Sequence record: OM728297.1
Reading direction: 5' to 3' (one strand)
Length of the DNA: 64,000 nt
The notes under the pieces were generated by a model. The model worked only from the letters and a program-made list of their open reading frames with translations. It did not search any database and was not told the origin of the DNA. Below, one piece after another: positions 45,534 through 55,706 of this stretch (position 1 is the first letter of the stretch; each line of letters begins with the position of its first letter). The translations under genes were made by a program, and so were the position numbers.

Positions 45534-48497
45534 ATGGCTACTGAAGCTAGTACATCACAATCAATTTCTACTGGTACTGAAGTAAGTCCTACTTGGTTAC
45601 ACCCAAGCGTTACAAGTGTAATCAATAGTGAAGAGATCACTTATCAAAGTGGCTCTGGACAACAAAAAATGCTTTCTATCTTTACTTCTGAAAAAGGTGA
45701 AGATAATAAACTAGTACTATATACTGATCCTGATGAATTTATTGCCAAAACTGGTAATCCAAATCTTAAAAAATATGGTCAATCAGCTTATAACATCATT
45801 AACTGGTTAAAGGCTGGTGGTGAAGTTTATGGTATGCGTGTAATGCCTGATAATGCAGGTTTTGCTCATGCATTCTTAAATGTTCTTTCTAAAGTTGATA
45901 CTAAAAAAGTCAAGGATAAGGACGGTAATGCTGTTTCCTATAAAAATGTTACATTGAAACCAGCAGTTGCTTATTCAGATGTAAATAATGTATCTGAAAC
46001 ATTATTAAATTATGAATTAAATAAAGATAGATCATCTGATGAGACTATTGATGGATTTAAGAATCACTTATTATTTGCAGTCTATCCTACAGGACGAGGA
46101 AGTGCATATAATAACTTGGGATTCCGAATCACTCTAAATACTTCTTATGATGAACAACACGATTTCCGTGTTTATAACTTTGAAGTAATTAGATATGATG
46201 AATATAATACCGCTAATATTATTGAAGGACCATTTTATGTATCTTTGAGTCCAGATGCTCTTTCTTCATCTAATGAAAGTATGTTTATTGCAGATGTAGT
46301 TAATAAATATTCTACTCATTTAAGATGTATGTTTAATGAAGATGCTTTCCTTGATCTTTGTCGTACTATTAATCCAGATGTTTCTCCATCTAAGATTGAT
46401 CCACTAACAGGTAAGACAAGAACTGTTCGAGGTGTAGTTGATACTTTCTATAGTAACATTACTAAGAAATTTGAAGATACACATATTTCTTTACACCGCT
46501 ATGATACTAATGGAAATGTTATGACTGATTCTAACGATAATCCAATCTTGAATATTATTGATGCTGGTGATCTAATTGAGCAATCAATTCTATTGGCAGA
46601 TAACACTTATCGTAAACGTATGTATGAAAGATATCTTGCTGGTATCGATTATATGAAACAAGTGTTCAATAGTATTGAAAATAATGATTATAATACAATC
46701 ATTACTAAATTGCTTTATACTCCTGATGGTGTAACTCCTGAATCTGGTTTAATTCCAGAAATGGTTGAAAAGCTAAATGGTTATCATACTACTATTCAAA
46801 ACCTTGTAACAGTATTTAATAGTAGTCATTTAGAATCAGATTTCAATCGGATTGTCACTGAGAATACTCTTGTTGAACAAGGCATTAAAGATATTATGAG
46901 TCTGATTGGTCAACTTCTAAGTTATCATAAAGCATTAGAAATGAGTTCAACAGTTCTTGATCTAGATGAGAAAGTTAATTCTGTTTACAACAAGTTAAAT
47001 CTTAAAGAGATTATTGATATCCGTGCAGTTTCTAAAAAAGATAAGATTAATGAAATTTCTGACACTATTCTTACTTTAAAAGGAACTGGTGATGAAGATG
47101 AACAAGCAAGTGCTTTAACCTCTATTCTTTCTGATGTTAAAACAACTATTGATTATCTTCTTATGATCATCAATGAAAATTCTCTATCTGCTACAGATAT
47201 TAACCAAGCAGTAACTCGTTATAATGCAATCATTGATATGTATAATGCTATCTTTGATCCAATTGTATCTAATGATGCGGCTAAAACTATTCTTGCTAAT
47301 ATTTATAACAGTCTAGATGAATTAGTTGCAGATCTTTATAATATTTGTGAACTTGCTATCGTTAATATTGATTTACTTATTATTGACGATATTATTAGTA
47401 AGAAAATTGCAAATATTGTATCTGGTATTGTTCCTGTAACATATACTAATACTGAATTGTATGCACAAAAGGTTTCTACAACTGAAGGCAAGGCTGAACT
47501 CTTATCTAGTATTCGTAAGAATATTGATAACTCTACAGCTGTTGTAACTGTGATGAAATCTATTGTCTATACTACTCAGCTTCAAGATTTTAATTCTCCT
47601 GCTATTTTTATGAATGGTAGTGATGGTGATCTTGATGAAAGTAATCCTACACTTAAGAGTAAAACTATGTTGAGCCTCCTAGTTAAAGGATATCAAGGAT
47701 TAATTGATGATAGTGTTACTAATCGTAAAGTTGCTCCTTTCCAATTTGTATTAGATGCTAACTATCCAACAGATGTTAAGAATGCAATTGTTACATTGGC
47801 GAGAGATATCCGTAAAGATATTTTCTTCTATGCAGATTCTGGTATTCAGGCTAGTCCAGCAGATGCTATTAGTTGGAGAAATGCTTCTTTCAATGTATCT
47901 TCCCAATTCCTTGGAATTTATACTCAAGACTTCGTAGTTTATGATGAGTATAATGGAAGAGATATTAAAGTAACACCAACTTATTTCTTGGCTACTAAAA
48001 TTCCTAGTGTTGCATCTCAATATGGATTGCAATATCCAATTGCAGGTAATAAACGTGGTACAATTGATGGATTTAAGTCTATTAGTTATGTACCAAATGA
48101 ATCTTATAAAGAACAATTATATACTCGTCAATTGAACTATGTAGAACATGATAGTAAACGTACTAAGTTTGGTAGTCAATTAACAGCTGATATGCAAAGA
48201 ACTCCATTATCTAATATCAATAACGCTATCATTGCTCTTGATATTAAACGTAATGTTGAGGAAATGGCTGAAGATTATCAATTCGAATTTGAAGATGATG
48301 AAACTATCAGAACATTCCAGTACAATCTTAATGATTATCTATCTACCTACATTTCTAATAGAAGTTGTGATGAAATTTCTGCAAATGTTTATGCATCTGA
48401 TTATGATAAAACTCAACAGATTCTTCGTGTTAGAATCGAAGTTAAGTTTAAAGCGGTTGTTGAACGCATCGTAATTAGTATTGATGTAGTTAAGTAA
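45534..48497 (+). CDS. Contractile tail sheath protein
   Basis: SEKGEDNK..F....G.P N-terminus, GSDG, IAGNKRG, C-terminal RI.I.IDV; precedes tube gene. Confidence 0.85.
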   Translation: MATEASTSQSISTGTEVSPTWLHPSVTSVINSEEITYQSGSGQQKMLSIFTSEKGEDNKLVLYTDPDEFIAKTGNPNLKKYGQSAYNIINWLKAGGEVYGMRVMPDNAGFAHAFLNVLSKVDTKKVKDKDGNAVSYKNVTLKPAVAYSDVNNVSETLLNYELNKDRSSDETIDGFKNHLLFAVYPTGRGSAYNNLGFRITLNTSYDEQHDFRVYNFEVIRYDEYNTANIIEGPFYVSLSPDALSSSNESMFIADVVNKYSTHLRCMFNEDAFLDLCRTINPDVSPSKIDPLTGKTRTVRGVVDTFYSNITKKFEDTHISLHRYDTNGNVMTDSNDNPILNIIDAGDLIEQSILLADNTYRKRMYERYLAGIDYMKQVFNSIENNDYNTIITKLLYTPDGVTPESGLIPEMVEKLNGYHTTIQNLVTVFNSSHLESDFNRIVTENTLVEQGIKDIMSLIGQLLSYHKALEMSSTVLDLDEKVNSVYNKLNLKEIIDIRAVSKKDKINEISDTILTLKGTGDEDEQASALTSILSDVKTTIDYLLMIINENSLSATDINQAVTRYNAIIDMYNAIFDPIVSNDAAKTILANIYNSLDELVADLYNICELAIVNIDLLIIDDIISKKIANIVSGIVPVTYTNTELYAQKVSTTEGKAELLSSIRKNIDNSTAVVTVMKSIVYTTQLQDFNSPAIFMNGSDGDLDESNPTLKSKTMLSLLVKGYQGLIDDSVTNRKVAPFQFVLDANYPTDVKNAIVTLARDIRKDIFFYADSGIQASPADAISWRNASFNVSSQFLGIYTQDFVVYDEYNGRDIKVTPTYFLATKIPSVASQYGLQYPIAGNKRGTIDGFKSISYVPNESYKEQLYTRQLNYVEHDSKRTKFGSQLTADMQRTPLSNINNAIIALDIKRNVEEMAEDYQFEFEDDETIRTFQYNLNDYLSTYISNRSCDEISANVYASDYDKTQQILRVRIEVKFKAVVERIVISIDVVK

Positions 48498-48509
48498 TAC
48501 AGTAATAAT

Positions 48510-48542
48510 GTATAGTGTGAGGATAATTGCCTCACACTATAC
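48510..48542 (+). terminator. Hairpin terminator
   Basis: 13-bp perfect IR. Confidence 0.7.
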
Positions 48543-48557
48543 TATTTATAATAATTA

Positions 48558-48569
48558 AACATATTGATA
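48558..48569 (+). promoter_or_regulatory. Late-type promoter AACA-N6-TA
   Basis: AACAtattgaTA upstream of tube gene. Confidence 0.7.
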
Positions 48570-48606
48570 TAGAACTTTTATATTATGAGAGAAAGGTGAA
48601 TGATTA

Positions 48607-49404
48607 ATGATTAAACAAGGTAACGTTAGAGTTTTTGACTCTTCACTGGCGCAACAGCAATCATTCTTCACTGGTGGCTTAAATCTCAAACAACTAGCTT
48701 TTGACCCATTGGTTACTGGTTATGCGTTTATTGTTTGGACTAAATTACCAAAATGGATTGTCCAAGAATATCCGGGATTCAAAGCTATGACAGAGAAGAA
48801 CTTTAAAGGATTCACTGGTCTAGAAGATATGGAACTTCAGACACAACAATACCAATATGGTTTTGCTAACAATGATTATAATGTTGCGGCTGGTATTACT
48901 AAAAATAACACTGAATTCACTCTTCGTCATCAAGAGTATTCTGGTAGTCCTATTAAAAATATGTATCAGTTCTGGGTTTCTTCTATTTCAGATCCAGAGA
49001 CAGGTATTGCAACATATCCAAAAGTATATGGAATGGAATATGCGGCTAAAAACCATACTGGCGAGTTAATGTACATTGTTACACGTCCTGACGTTAATAA
49101 TACTGAAAAGAGAAATATTGAGCAAGCCGTATACTATACTAATGTAATGCCTAAGCGTATTCCATTATCTCACTTTGATTATACTCAAGGTGAACATAAC
49201 CTAGTTGAGCTTGAAATTCCATTTAGTGGTAATATGCATATTTCTTCTAAAGTAGATAACTATGCTAAGAAACTTCTTGCTACTACTTACTCCTTTGTTA
49301 CTGCTGGTCTATTTGATCCAGAAAAAGCTAATGTTGGTGGACGTTATCTTTCTGAATTTAATAATAGTGCTGGTAGCGTACAACAAGGTCTTGGTGATAT
49401 TTAA
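48607..49404 (+). CDS. Tail tube protein
   Basis: Follows sheath; FTL...E.SGSP.....QFW...I.DP.TG and YTNVMP pattern. Confidence 0.75.
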   Translation: MIKQGNVRVFDSSLAQQQSFFTGGLNLKQLAFDPLVTGYAFIVWTKLPKWIVQEYPGFKAMTEKNFKGFTGLEDMELQTQQYQYGFANNDYNVAAGITKNNTEFTLRHQEYSGSPIKNMYQFWVSSISDPETGIATYPKVYGMEYAAKNHTGELMYIVTRPDVNNTEKRNIEQAVYYTNVMPKRIPLSHFDYTQGEHNLVELEIPFSGNMHISSKVDNYAKKLLATTYSFVTAGLFDPEKANVGGRYLSEFNNSAGSVQQGLGDI

Positions 49405-49410
49405 TAATAA

Positions 49411-49448
49411 AATAAAAGCATATATCTTAATTGATATATGCTTTTATT
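49411..49448. terminator. Bidirectional hairpin terminator
   Basis: 16-bp perfect IR. Confidence 0.75.
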
Positions 49449-49455
49449 CTTTAAA

Positions 49456-51651
49456 TTAGAATCCTCCTCCTAAGTCTCCTCCATCGCCTTCAGAATTATT
49501 TGTCTTAAGGGCATTTTCAGTAGAATCCATTAGAGCATCTTCGTATAATCTATCCATTAGATCCCAATCAATATTTGGAATCATTTGTCTAACAATTTTC
49601 TTCTTAAAACTAGTCTTTTTAGATGTATCTGCATCTGTTTCGTCTATATAGGATGATGTAATAAAATCAACCGTTTGACTAGCATTAGAAATCTGATCAT
49701 TAATATTAGTCAGATTAAGAGATATTGGAGGTGGAAATAATACTTCAATATCATTAACATCAATATAATCTTGACTATCTTTTTTCTTCTTTCCATTATC
49801 TTTATCTTTTCTATTATCATTTAAATGATATTCATTGCGATATAATATTCTAATTAATTCTGAAAAGCTCTCAGAGAATGATGCTTGATCTGATACAATA
49901 GTTCTTACAAATGTAGAGTTTTGCATAACAAGTGATCTAGCAAAATCAACATCTTGAGAAGCATCAATATAGTTAGCAGGTACTCCTGTACCATTTACTG
50001 CTGACTTTAATAAGAATTGAAGGAAATCACTATCTGCATCCACATCCATACCACTCAATGTATCAAAGTCCAAAGGTTTTTCTCCATCTATAAGAGGAAT
50101 ATAGTAGTCATCAAATACTCCAATACTATTTAGAATTGTAGAGACGCTTTTTAGAATATCTGTCTGAATTTCTTTTGACTTAATATCTTTAACTACTCCT
50201 TGAATAGCACCTTCAATATCAGCATCTAATCCGGTTTCAACATATACCAAACGTTTATCTCTACCACGAGAGATCTTTTGCATTAATTCTGTAATCAAAG
50301 TAGCAAGATATAATTTAGCAAAGAACAGACTTCTTGCTAATTTTGATTGTCCATATAATTCATCACTATCAGTCATAAAATGTACTACTTCATCTGGTGC
50401 TAGGTAGGTAATCTTAACTTTCTTTTCAGTGATATATTTTTCCTTTAATAACGCATAGATATAGTCTTTGAATTCTTTATTATCTTTAATGAATTCATTA
50501 TCTATCTTTTTTGAAATCCCTTTAATAAACACATTGGCAATAATTTCTTCTCTATCCTTATGATTTGATTGCTCAATATCTACTCTTGAATTAAAGAAAT
50601 CACTAATTGCTGTTGTACCTGAACCCTGTGTTGCAATCTCATCTGTCTTCTCAATATGAATATAACCAAAATTTATTCCATCTACTTCAAGTTTAATAAC
50701 ATTTTCAGGTGAAAGCATTCTTATAATAGAACCCTTAATACCAAAATGTGTAAACTCATCCTCATCATTTTCCTTATTTTTCTTTTTATTTAATTGAGAT
50801 AATCCATCCGCAGATAAGTTAAGTAAAGATTTTCTTGGATCATCTTCATAATCAATATTATTATTTATAACACTTGAGATTTCTGATTTAATCTGATTAT
50901 AATTATACTCTGATTTCTCATTCAAATTAGTTTCGAAAAGCATTTTTAAATCTTTATCATCAATATCTTCTTTCATGATAAATCTAGAATTTTGCTGTTC
51001 CTCATTATTTGAGTTAAATAAATCCTTATTATCTTCAGTCAATAGCATTTTATTAAATTCTTCATCATATCTTAATACTGCAACAAAATAATCACCAAGC
51101 GTTAATGCTTTTCTTATAATATTCTTTGCTCTCTTATTTAATTTATATTTTTTAACGAGAAAATTAGTATTCTTTATAACATCATTACTTAATTCATCTT
51201 TTACTTTATCTGATTTATAACGGATATTTAAAGAGTCTTTAGTCAAATCATCTGGTGACATAATACTATCTCTATAAACATTAATACACTCAGCTAATTG
51301 AGGAATATAAGAGTAGATAATACTATAATCACTATATCTAGAGATTCTTTCTTTTTCAAAACCCATTAATTGTGATAAATTCTCTTTGGATAAGACTTTT
51401 TCTAACTGACCTTTATCAAATTTCTTCTTAGGTTTTTCTCCACTCATATTAGCATCATTATTAAATTCAGATGCATTTAGAAAGTCCATCATATTTGGAG
51501 TAGTATAAGATTTATTTTGATCTATAATCTTATTAATAGAGTTAGATATTTCTTTTGTATCGTTCTCGAAATTATCAGATGTATCAGTACCAAAGATCTG
51601 ATTATTTATCTTATGTTCTAAACCATCAATTTTTCCTCTTGGATCTGCCAT
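49456..51651 (-). CDS. Portal protein (T4 gp20-like)
   Basis: RDKRLVYVETG, DDYYIP..DGE......L.G, FL...V.GTGVP motifs; start likely ATG 51651. Confidence 0.8.
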   Translation of the reverse strand: MADPRGKIDGLEHKINNQIFGTDTSDNFENDTKEISNSINKIIDQNKSYTTPNMMDFLNASEFNNDANMSGEKPKKKFDKGQLEKVLSKENLSQLMGFEKERISRYSDYSIIYSYIPQLAECINVYRDSIMSPDDLTKDSLNIRYKSDKVKDELSNDVIKNTNFLVKKYKLNKRAKNIIRKALTLGDYFVAVLRYDEEFNKMLLTEDNKDLFNSNNEEQQNSRFIMKEDIDDKDLKMLFETNLNEKSEYNYNQIKSEISSVINNNIDYEDDPRKSLLNLSADGLSQLNKKKNKENDEDEFTHFGIKGSIIRMLSPENVIKLEVDGINFGYIHIEKTDEIATQGSGTTAISDFFNSRVDIEQSNHKDREEIIANVFIKGISKKIDNEFIKDNKEFKDYIYALLKEKYITEKKVKITYLAPDEVVHFMTDSDELYGQSKLARSLFFAKLYLATLITELMQKISRGRDKRLVYVETGLDADIEGAIQGVVKDIKSKEIQTDILKSVSTILNSIGVFDDYYIPLIDGEKPLDFDTLSGMDVDADSDFLQFLLKSAVNGTGVPANYIDASQDVDFARSLVMQNSTFVRTIVSDQASFSESFSELIRILYRNEYHLNDNRKDKDNGKKKKDSQDYIDVNDIEVLFPPPISLNLTNINDQISNASQTVDFITSSYIDETDADTSKKTSFKKKIVRQMIPNIDWDLMDRLYEDALMDSTENALKTNNSEGDGGDLGGGF

Positions 51652-51679
51652 TTCATCACCTTTTTCCATTTCAACATTA

Positions 51680-51691
51680 TAATTAAATGTT
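51680..51691 (-). promoter_or_regulatory. Late-type promoter AACA-N6-TA
   Basis: AACAtttaatTA upstream of portal. Confidence 0.65.
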
Positions 51692-51710
51692 TTTCTTTAT
51701 GAAAAAAATA

Positions 51711-51741
51711 AAAAAAATAAAGCATGTAAACATGCTTTATT
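51711..51741 (-). terminator. Hairpin terminator (minus strand)
   Basis: 12-bp IR with A-tract on plus strand. Confidence 0.65.
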
Positions 51742-52453
51742 CTGCTATATCAGTAATAAGTATATACTGTTTTACCTCAATATTATTTGAAGGAACAATA
51801 ATCTCGATAATATAGAGATTTTCATCTGAATTATAATCATATAATTTAAAATAGATATCTTGTTTAGATGTCTTAGTACCTTTGAATCCAACTAAAAATT
51901 TCTTATTATAAATTATTCTAATATAGCTATCATCATCTTCTAATTTTTCATCTATAGTACAATTACCAGTATTAGGGTAGAAATAAATAGAAAATGGTGA
52001 ATTCTTATATTCTTTTATTACCTCAGTTTGATCGCTATTTAATTGAAACTCTCCTAATAACTTATAGTTTTCTATCTTAAATCTATTAGAATCATCAATA
52101 AATTCATATTTTTGTTCTACTAAAGGTACGTTAGTGTTAAATTCAATGTAATTATTATCTATTCTTACTTCAGTTATATTATTCTTATATTCTTTAAAGA
52201 AGGCATAATAATCAGATCCCCTAATGGAAAATCTACAATTATTAATTATATCTTCTAAAAATGCATTCTTTTTAGAATAGACAGGATAAGCAGTAATATA
52301 AGGAGTTAGTTGTTCATGACCATTAGCAATTATAACTCCATTAATGTAGTTATAATGTTCTCTACTATTATGTACCTTTTTCATATATTGATTAAGGTCA
52401 TTAAGCAGTTTACAAAATTCTTTAACCTCATTCGCATCAGATAATACAATCAT
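51737..52453 (-). CDS. Hypothetical protein in replication cluster
   Basis: SD GGAG; beta-rich 238 aa. Confidence 0.7.
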   Translation of the reverse strand: MIVLSDANEVKEFCKLLNDLNQYMKKVHNSREHYNYINGVIIANGHEQLTPYITAYPVYSKKNAFLEDIINNCRFSIRGSDYYAFFKEYKNNITEVRIDNNYIEFNTNVPLVEQKYEFIDDSNRFKIENYKLLGEFQLNSDQTEVIKEYKNSPFSIYFYPNTGNCTIDEKLEDDDSYIRIIYNKKFLVGFKGTKTSKQDIYFKLYDYNSDENLYIIEIIVPSNNIEVKQYILITDIAE

Positions 52454-52472
52454 ATTATCACTCCTATTATAA

Positions 52473-52503
52473 TAATTCCAGTAGATAAATTCTACTGGAA
52501 TTA
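52473..52503 (-). terminator. Hairpin
   Basis: 13-bp perfect IR. Confidence 0.55.
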
Positions 52504-52506
52504 TAT

Positions 52507-52791
52507 TTATTTATCTTTCCATTGAAGTCCAATATTTAAATTCACTTGTTTAGGTTTTAAGATAGTTATTGAATCCCAGTTTAAACCAAATTTAAACTCT
52601 TCTTTATTTGAAAATACTTTTACATTCAAATTTTTTAAGTTAACTAGAAATATTCTACTTGTACAACTATCATAATTTATCATCCATGCCATATCATCAT
52701 CTCTTACAAGGAAATAGCCGTCACTAATATCTTTAAATTTTAATTTTTTTGGTTCGTCTTTAGTAATTTTTAACTGAATTGACATACTCAT
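52507..52791 (-). CDS. Hypothetical protein
   Basis: SD GGGAG. Confidence 0.65.
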   Translation of the reverse strand: MSMSIQLKITKDEPKKLKFKDISDGYFLVRDDDMAWMINYDSCTSRIFLVNLKNLNVKVFSNKEEFKFGLNWDSITILKPKQVNLNIGLQWKDK

Positions 52792-52798
52792 TCTCCCT

Positions 52799-53014
52799 TT
52801 AATAGTCCTCTATCGGTTCACCTTCATAAAATCTAAAATATTCTGTAGCATAGGTTTCATAGAGACCTTTATCATTAGTAATAATAATTTGATTTACACC
52901 AGCATTTTCATGCACTAAATAAACTTTATTTCTAGTTAAATTAAATTCAGAAGTCTCAGCTACTACCAAATCGAGATCATTTACCGGTTTATTGTAACAA
53001 TTTCCTTTTTTCAT
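52799..53014 (-). CDS. Hypothetical protein
   Basis: SD GAGG. Confidence 0.65.
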   Translation of the reverse strand: MKKGNCYNKPVNDLDLVVAETSEFNLTRNKVYLVHENAGVNQIIITNDKGLYETYATEYFRFYEGEPIEDY

Positions 53015-53024
53015 AATGTATCCC

Positions 53025-53261
53025 TCATTTACTTGTTATCTGTTCTTTATTTTTAACTTGAGATTTCTTTAGACGCTTATTTTGGTGTTCTAATAAGTTA
53101 TTATGACTGTTAATCCTAATATTCTCATTTGATAAGTATTCAGTTTTTGTCCGTTCTTCATTATATTTATCCATTAAACTTCGATATTTGTATAATAACG
53201 AAAAAGCAGCAACATTAACTATCACAAATTCCACTCCTAGAAATACCTTAATAGTATCCAA
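53025..53261 (-). CDS. Small membrane-anchored coiled-coil protein
   Basis: N-terminal TM; SD GGAG. Confidence 0.65.
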   Translation of the reverse strand: MDTIKVFLGVEFVIVNVAAFSLLYKYRSLMDKYNEERTKTEYLSNENIRINSHNNLLEHQNKRLKKSQVKNKEQITSK

Positions 53262-53274
53262 TATTATATCTCCT

Positions 53275-53868
53275 TTAGTGTTTTTTACTAACCAATGCCC
53301 TCTTATTAATTACCTTTCTATGATAAGTACTATTAAGCTTGTAATAACATTCTTTAATTACTTTGGCATCATGGAGTGCATTATGTTTATTTTCACTAAA
53401 TGGTAATCCAATATATTCTTCTCGATTAATATCAGGATCAATATCTAGGATTTTAAATAGAGTACAAATATCAAAAGGAATATAATTAATATTATCTGGA
53501 ATATCGAAAGCACTACCAAATAAATTATTAAATAATATCCAGTCATAAGATAAACAATCAGACCACATGTCAATATAATCAAACTGTTCTAACCATATTT
53601 CTAATGCTTCCTTAATTTCTTTAGAATTTCCTTTCATTGTTACAGTGTATTCATCTCTATTAGATTTAAAATTATTAAATTGATTATAATCATTATATAG
53701 TAATTTATCAATAACATTTTCCTGTAACCATTCATCCACTTGATCTTTGTTATAATCATTAAATTCAGCATAAAAAGATCTTCCATTTTCAGCAACTAAT
53801 CCAATACTAATAAGACTGGTCTCCTGATGAAGACCAGTAAATTCTGTATCAAAGAAAATTTTTGCCAT
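53275..53868 (-). CDS. DEDDh 3'-5' exonuclease
   Basis: FFDTEFTG, SYDW, HNALHDA motifs. Confidence 0.9.
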   Translation of the reverse strand: MAKIFFDTEFTGLHQETSLISIGLVAENGRSFYAEFNDYNKDQVDEWLQENVIDKLLYNDYNQFNNFKSNRDEYTVTMKGNSKEIKEALEIWLEQFDYIDMWSDCLSYDWILFNNLFGSAFDIPDNINYIPFDICTLFKILDIDPDINREEYIGLPFSENKHNALHDAKVIKECYYKLNSTYHRKVINKRALVSKKH

Positions 53869-53881
53869 TTATATCTCTCCC

Positions 53882-55546
53882 TTAAGATACTTGTAATTGT
53901 TTTTGCTGTTTTAATTTTTGAATTAAATCACTTGTTGTTGGCAGATTATGCCATTTATTACCAAAATTAATATAGTCCTTACTTGAATAATCATCAACAT
54001 ATTCTTTTGATATATCATTGCCATCTTCTTCAATAATGACTCTTCCATAACATGTTTCAGGAGAGATATTAAATGCTTGAATAATTGATGGATACAGAGA
54101 GCTTAAATCAAAGTCAATACAATTCTCAAATAGGAATTTAGATTTTTCCCCTAATAACTCAATACCAATATTATCAATATTATTTGGATTAGCTACAAAT
54201 GCGCCTTTAATTTTTCCTTCTGTCTGCTCTCTAATCTTAGCTCTGTTATTAGAGATATAAACTCCTTTTTCACGATAGAATTTAGAAGCAAGATTTCGTA
54301 AACAAATTGTTTTCTTCATTGCTTTCTCAATACGTGTTTCAGTTAACATTGCTACTGAATAGATTGCATCAACATCTCTATTCTTTTCTTCCATCATCAT
54401 CATCATAACAGTATCTTGAATATTATAAAACATAAATTTCTTATAATCGGTAATATGGAAAGTTTTAAATCCTTCTTCCATTACATCTTTTGTTAGACCT
54501 ACTTCTTTTTCCCCAATATAGTCCAAACTATAAGACTCTTCTTTACCCATACCTTTTCTTAAGTTAGCATAGAGGTTCATTGCATCTAGATATACTGAAT
54601 AAGATGTAACATTCATTTCATTACCATTATCAGATGGATCTTGGTTAAATGTATCTTTTCTATAGCTAACTCTCTTATATTTAAATTCTTTTGGACACAT
54701 AATATCTTCTGGATTATGACCTAATCTCATAATTCTATTCATTAAGTAAGGATTATCGAATCCATGTCCATTCCAAGCTAATACAAAATCAGGTTTAATT
54801 TCAATATTAATAAGATCGTAGAATCGTTTTATCATATGAATCTCACTTTCCCATTCTTCAATGATAAAATTCATCTTTCTACCTTTTAAGATCTTTTTAT
54901 ATCTTTCTTCTAGTTCACTCTTAATACTATCTAGGTTACTCATTGTTTCTACATAAGTATCATGATTATATTTTAAGCAAAGTGTATAACAATTAAGATT
55001 ATCCATATCAATAAGTGTCATAATATTTACTGGTGCTTCAGCTTCTTCTGGTTCAGGGAATCCAACAATTTTCTCAATATCAACCTCTATATCGTATACC
55101 ACTTTAGTTAAACCGAAGTTATTTTTATCGGCTGGGTGTTTCTTTAAAAATTGAGAAATATAATAATCTTGAATGTTTACATCTGAACCATGTAAACGAT
55201 AGTCTAAATGAATTCGATTTAATTTCTTTCCAATTCCATAGCCGCCAGATTTTATTGTATCCCAGAAATAATTTGTAAGATTCTGATCATTTAATGTAGT
55301 GATAATTGACTTATATAAATCTTTCGCATAACATTTGATTGGAAGTACCTTATCTTTTTCAATGTAGTTTCTTAGTTTTCCATCCCAATATTGTGGTTTT
55401 GTAATGTAATATTCAATGACTGGTTTTTCAATTGTTTCACAACGCTTATTACCATTTTCATCTTTAACAATAAATAGTACCTTATCAAAACCATCTTTAC
55501 TTTTTCTATCTGGATAAAAATAATGTGTGTTAATCATCTGAACCAT
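53882..55546 (-). CDS. polB: Family B DNA polymerase, N-terminal part (exonuclease plus motif A) of a split gene
   Basis: YDIEV, AWNGHGFD, FYNIQD exonuclease motifs; DFDLSSLYPSII motif A; no motif B or C. Confidence 0.9.
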   Translation of the reverse strand: MVQMINTHYFYPDRKSKDGFDKVLFIVKDENGNKRCETIEKPVIEYYITKPQYWDGKLRNYIEKDKVLPIKCYAKDLYKSIITTLNDQNLTNYFWDTIKSGGYGIGKKLNRIHLDYRLHGSDVNIQDYYISQFLKKHPADKNNFGLTKVVYDIEVDIEKIVGFPEPEEAEAPVNIMTLIDMDNLNCYTLCLKYNHDTYVETMSNLDSIKSELEERYKKILKGRKMNFIIEEWESEIHMIKRFYDLINIEIKPDFVLAWNGHGFDNPYLMNRIMRLGHNPEDIMCPKEFKYKRVSYRKDTFNQDPSDNGNEMNVTSYSVYLDAMNLYANLRKGMGKEESYSLDYIGEKEVGLTKDVMEEGFKTFHITDYKKFMFYNIQDTVMMMMMEEKNRDVDAIYSVAMLTETRIEKAMKKTICLRNLASKFYREKGVYISNNRAKIREQTEGKIKGAFVANPNNIDNIGIELLGEKSKFLFENCIDFDLSSLYPSIIQAFNISPETCYGRVIIEEDGNDISKEYVDDYSSKDYINFGNKWHNLPTTSDLIQKLKQQKQLQVS

Positions 55547-55651
55547 AAATTTATAACCTCCTCAATATTCATCAATAATTTAGTTTTCCATTTTTATAAA
55601 AAGTTAGGCTAAATCACTATATTCTTCCTTTCTATTTATGTAATCATTTAT

Positions 55652-55660
55652 ATAATATAT
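55652..55660 (-). promoter_or_regulatory. Early-type promoter motif ATATATTAT
   Basis: Upstream of polymerase gene. Confidence 0.6.
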
Positions 55661-55664
55661 ATTT

Positions 55665-55703
55665 AAAGTGATTATGTGAATTTAATATCCACATAATCAC
55701 TTT
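55665..55703 (-). terminator. Hairpin terminator
   Basis: 14-bp perfect IR. Confidence 0.65.
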
Positions 55704-55706
55704 TTA

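Noticed and set aside
3155-53406. Antisense or alternate-frame ORFs in the track (e.g. 3155, 3860, 5799, 7518, 7615, 11439, 11784, 13476, 20671, 27679, 28910, 29466, 35991, 37635, 37732, 38174, 38513, 40457, 47751, 47755, 48232, 48857, 49262, 53188)
   Set aside because: They lie inside better-supported genes, lack SD sequences and have the F/L/S/I-rich composition of shadow frames.
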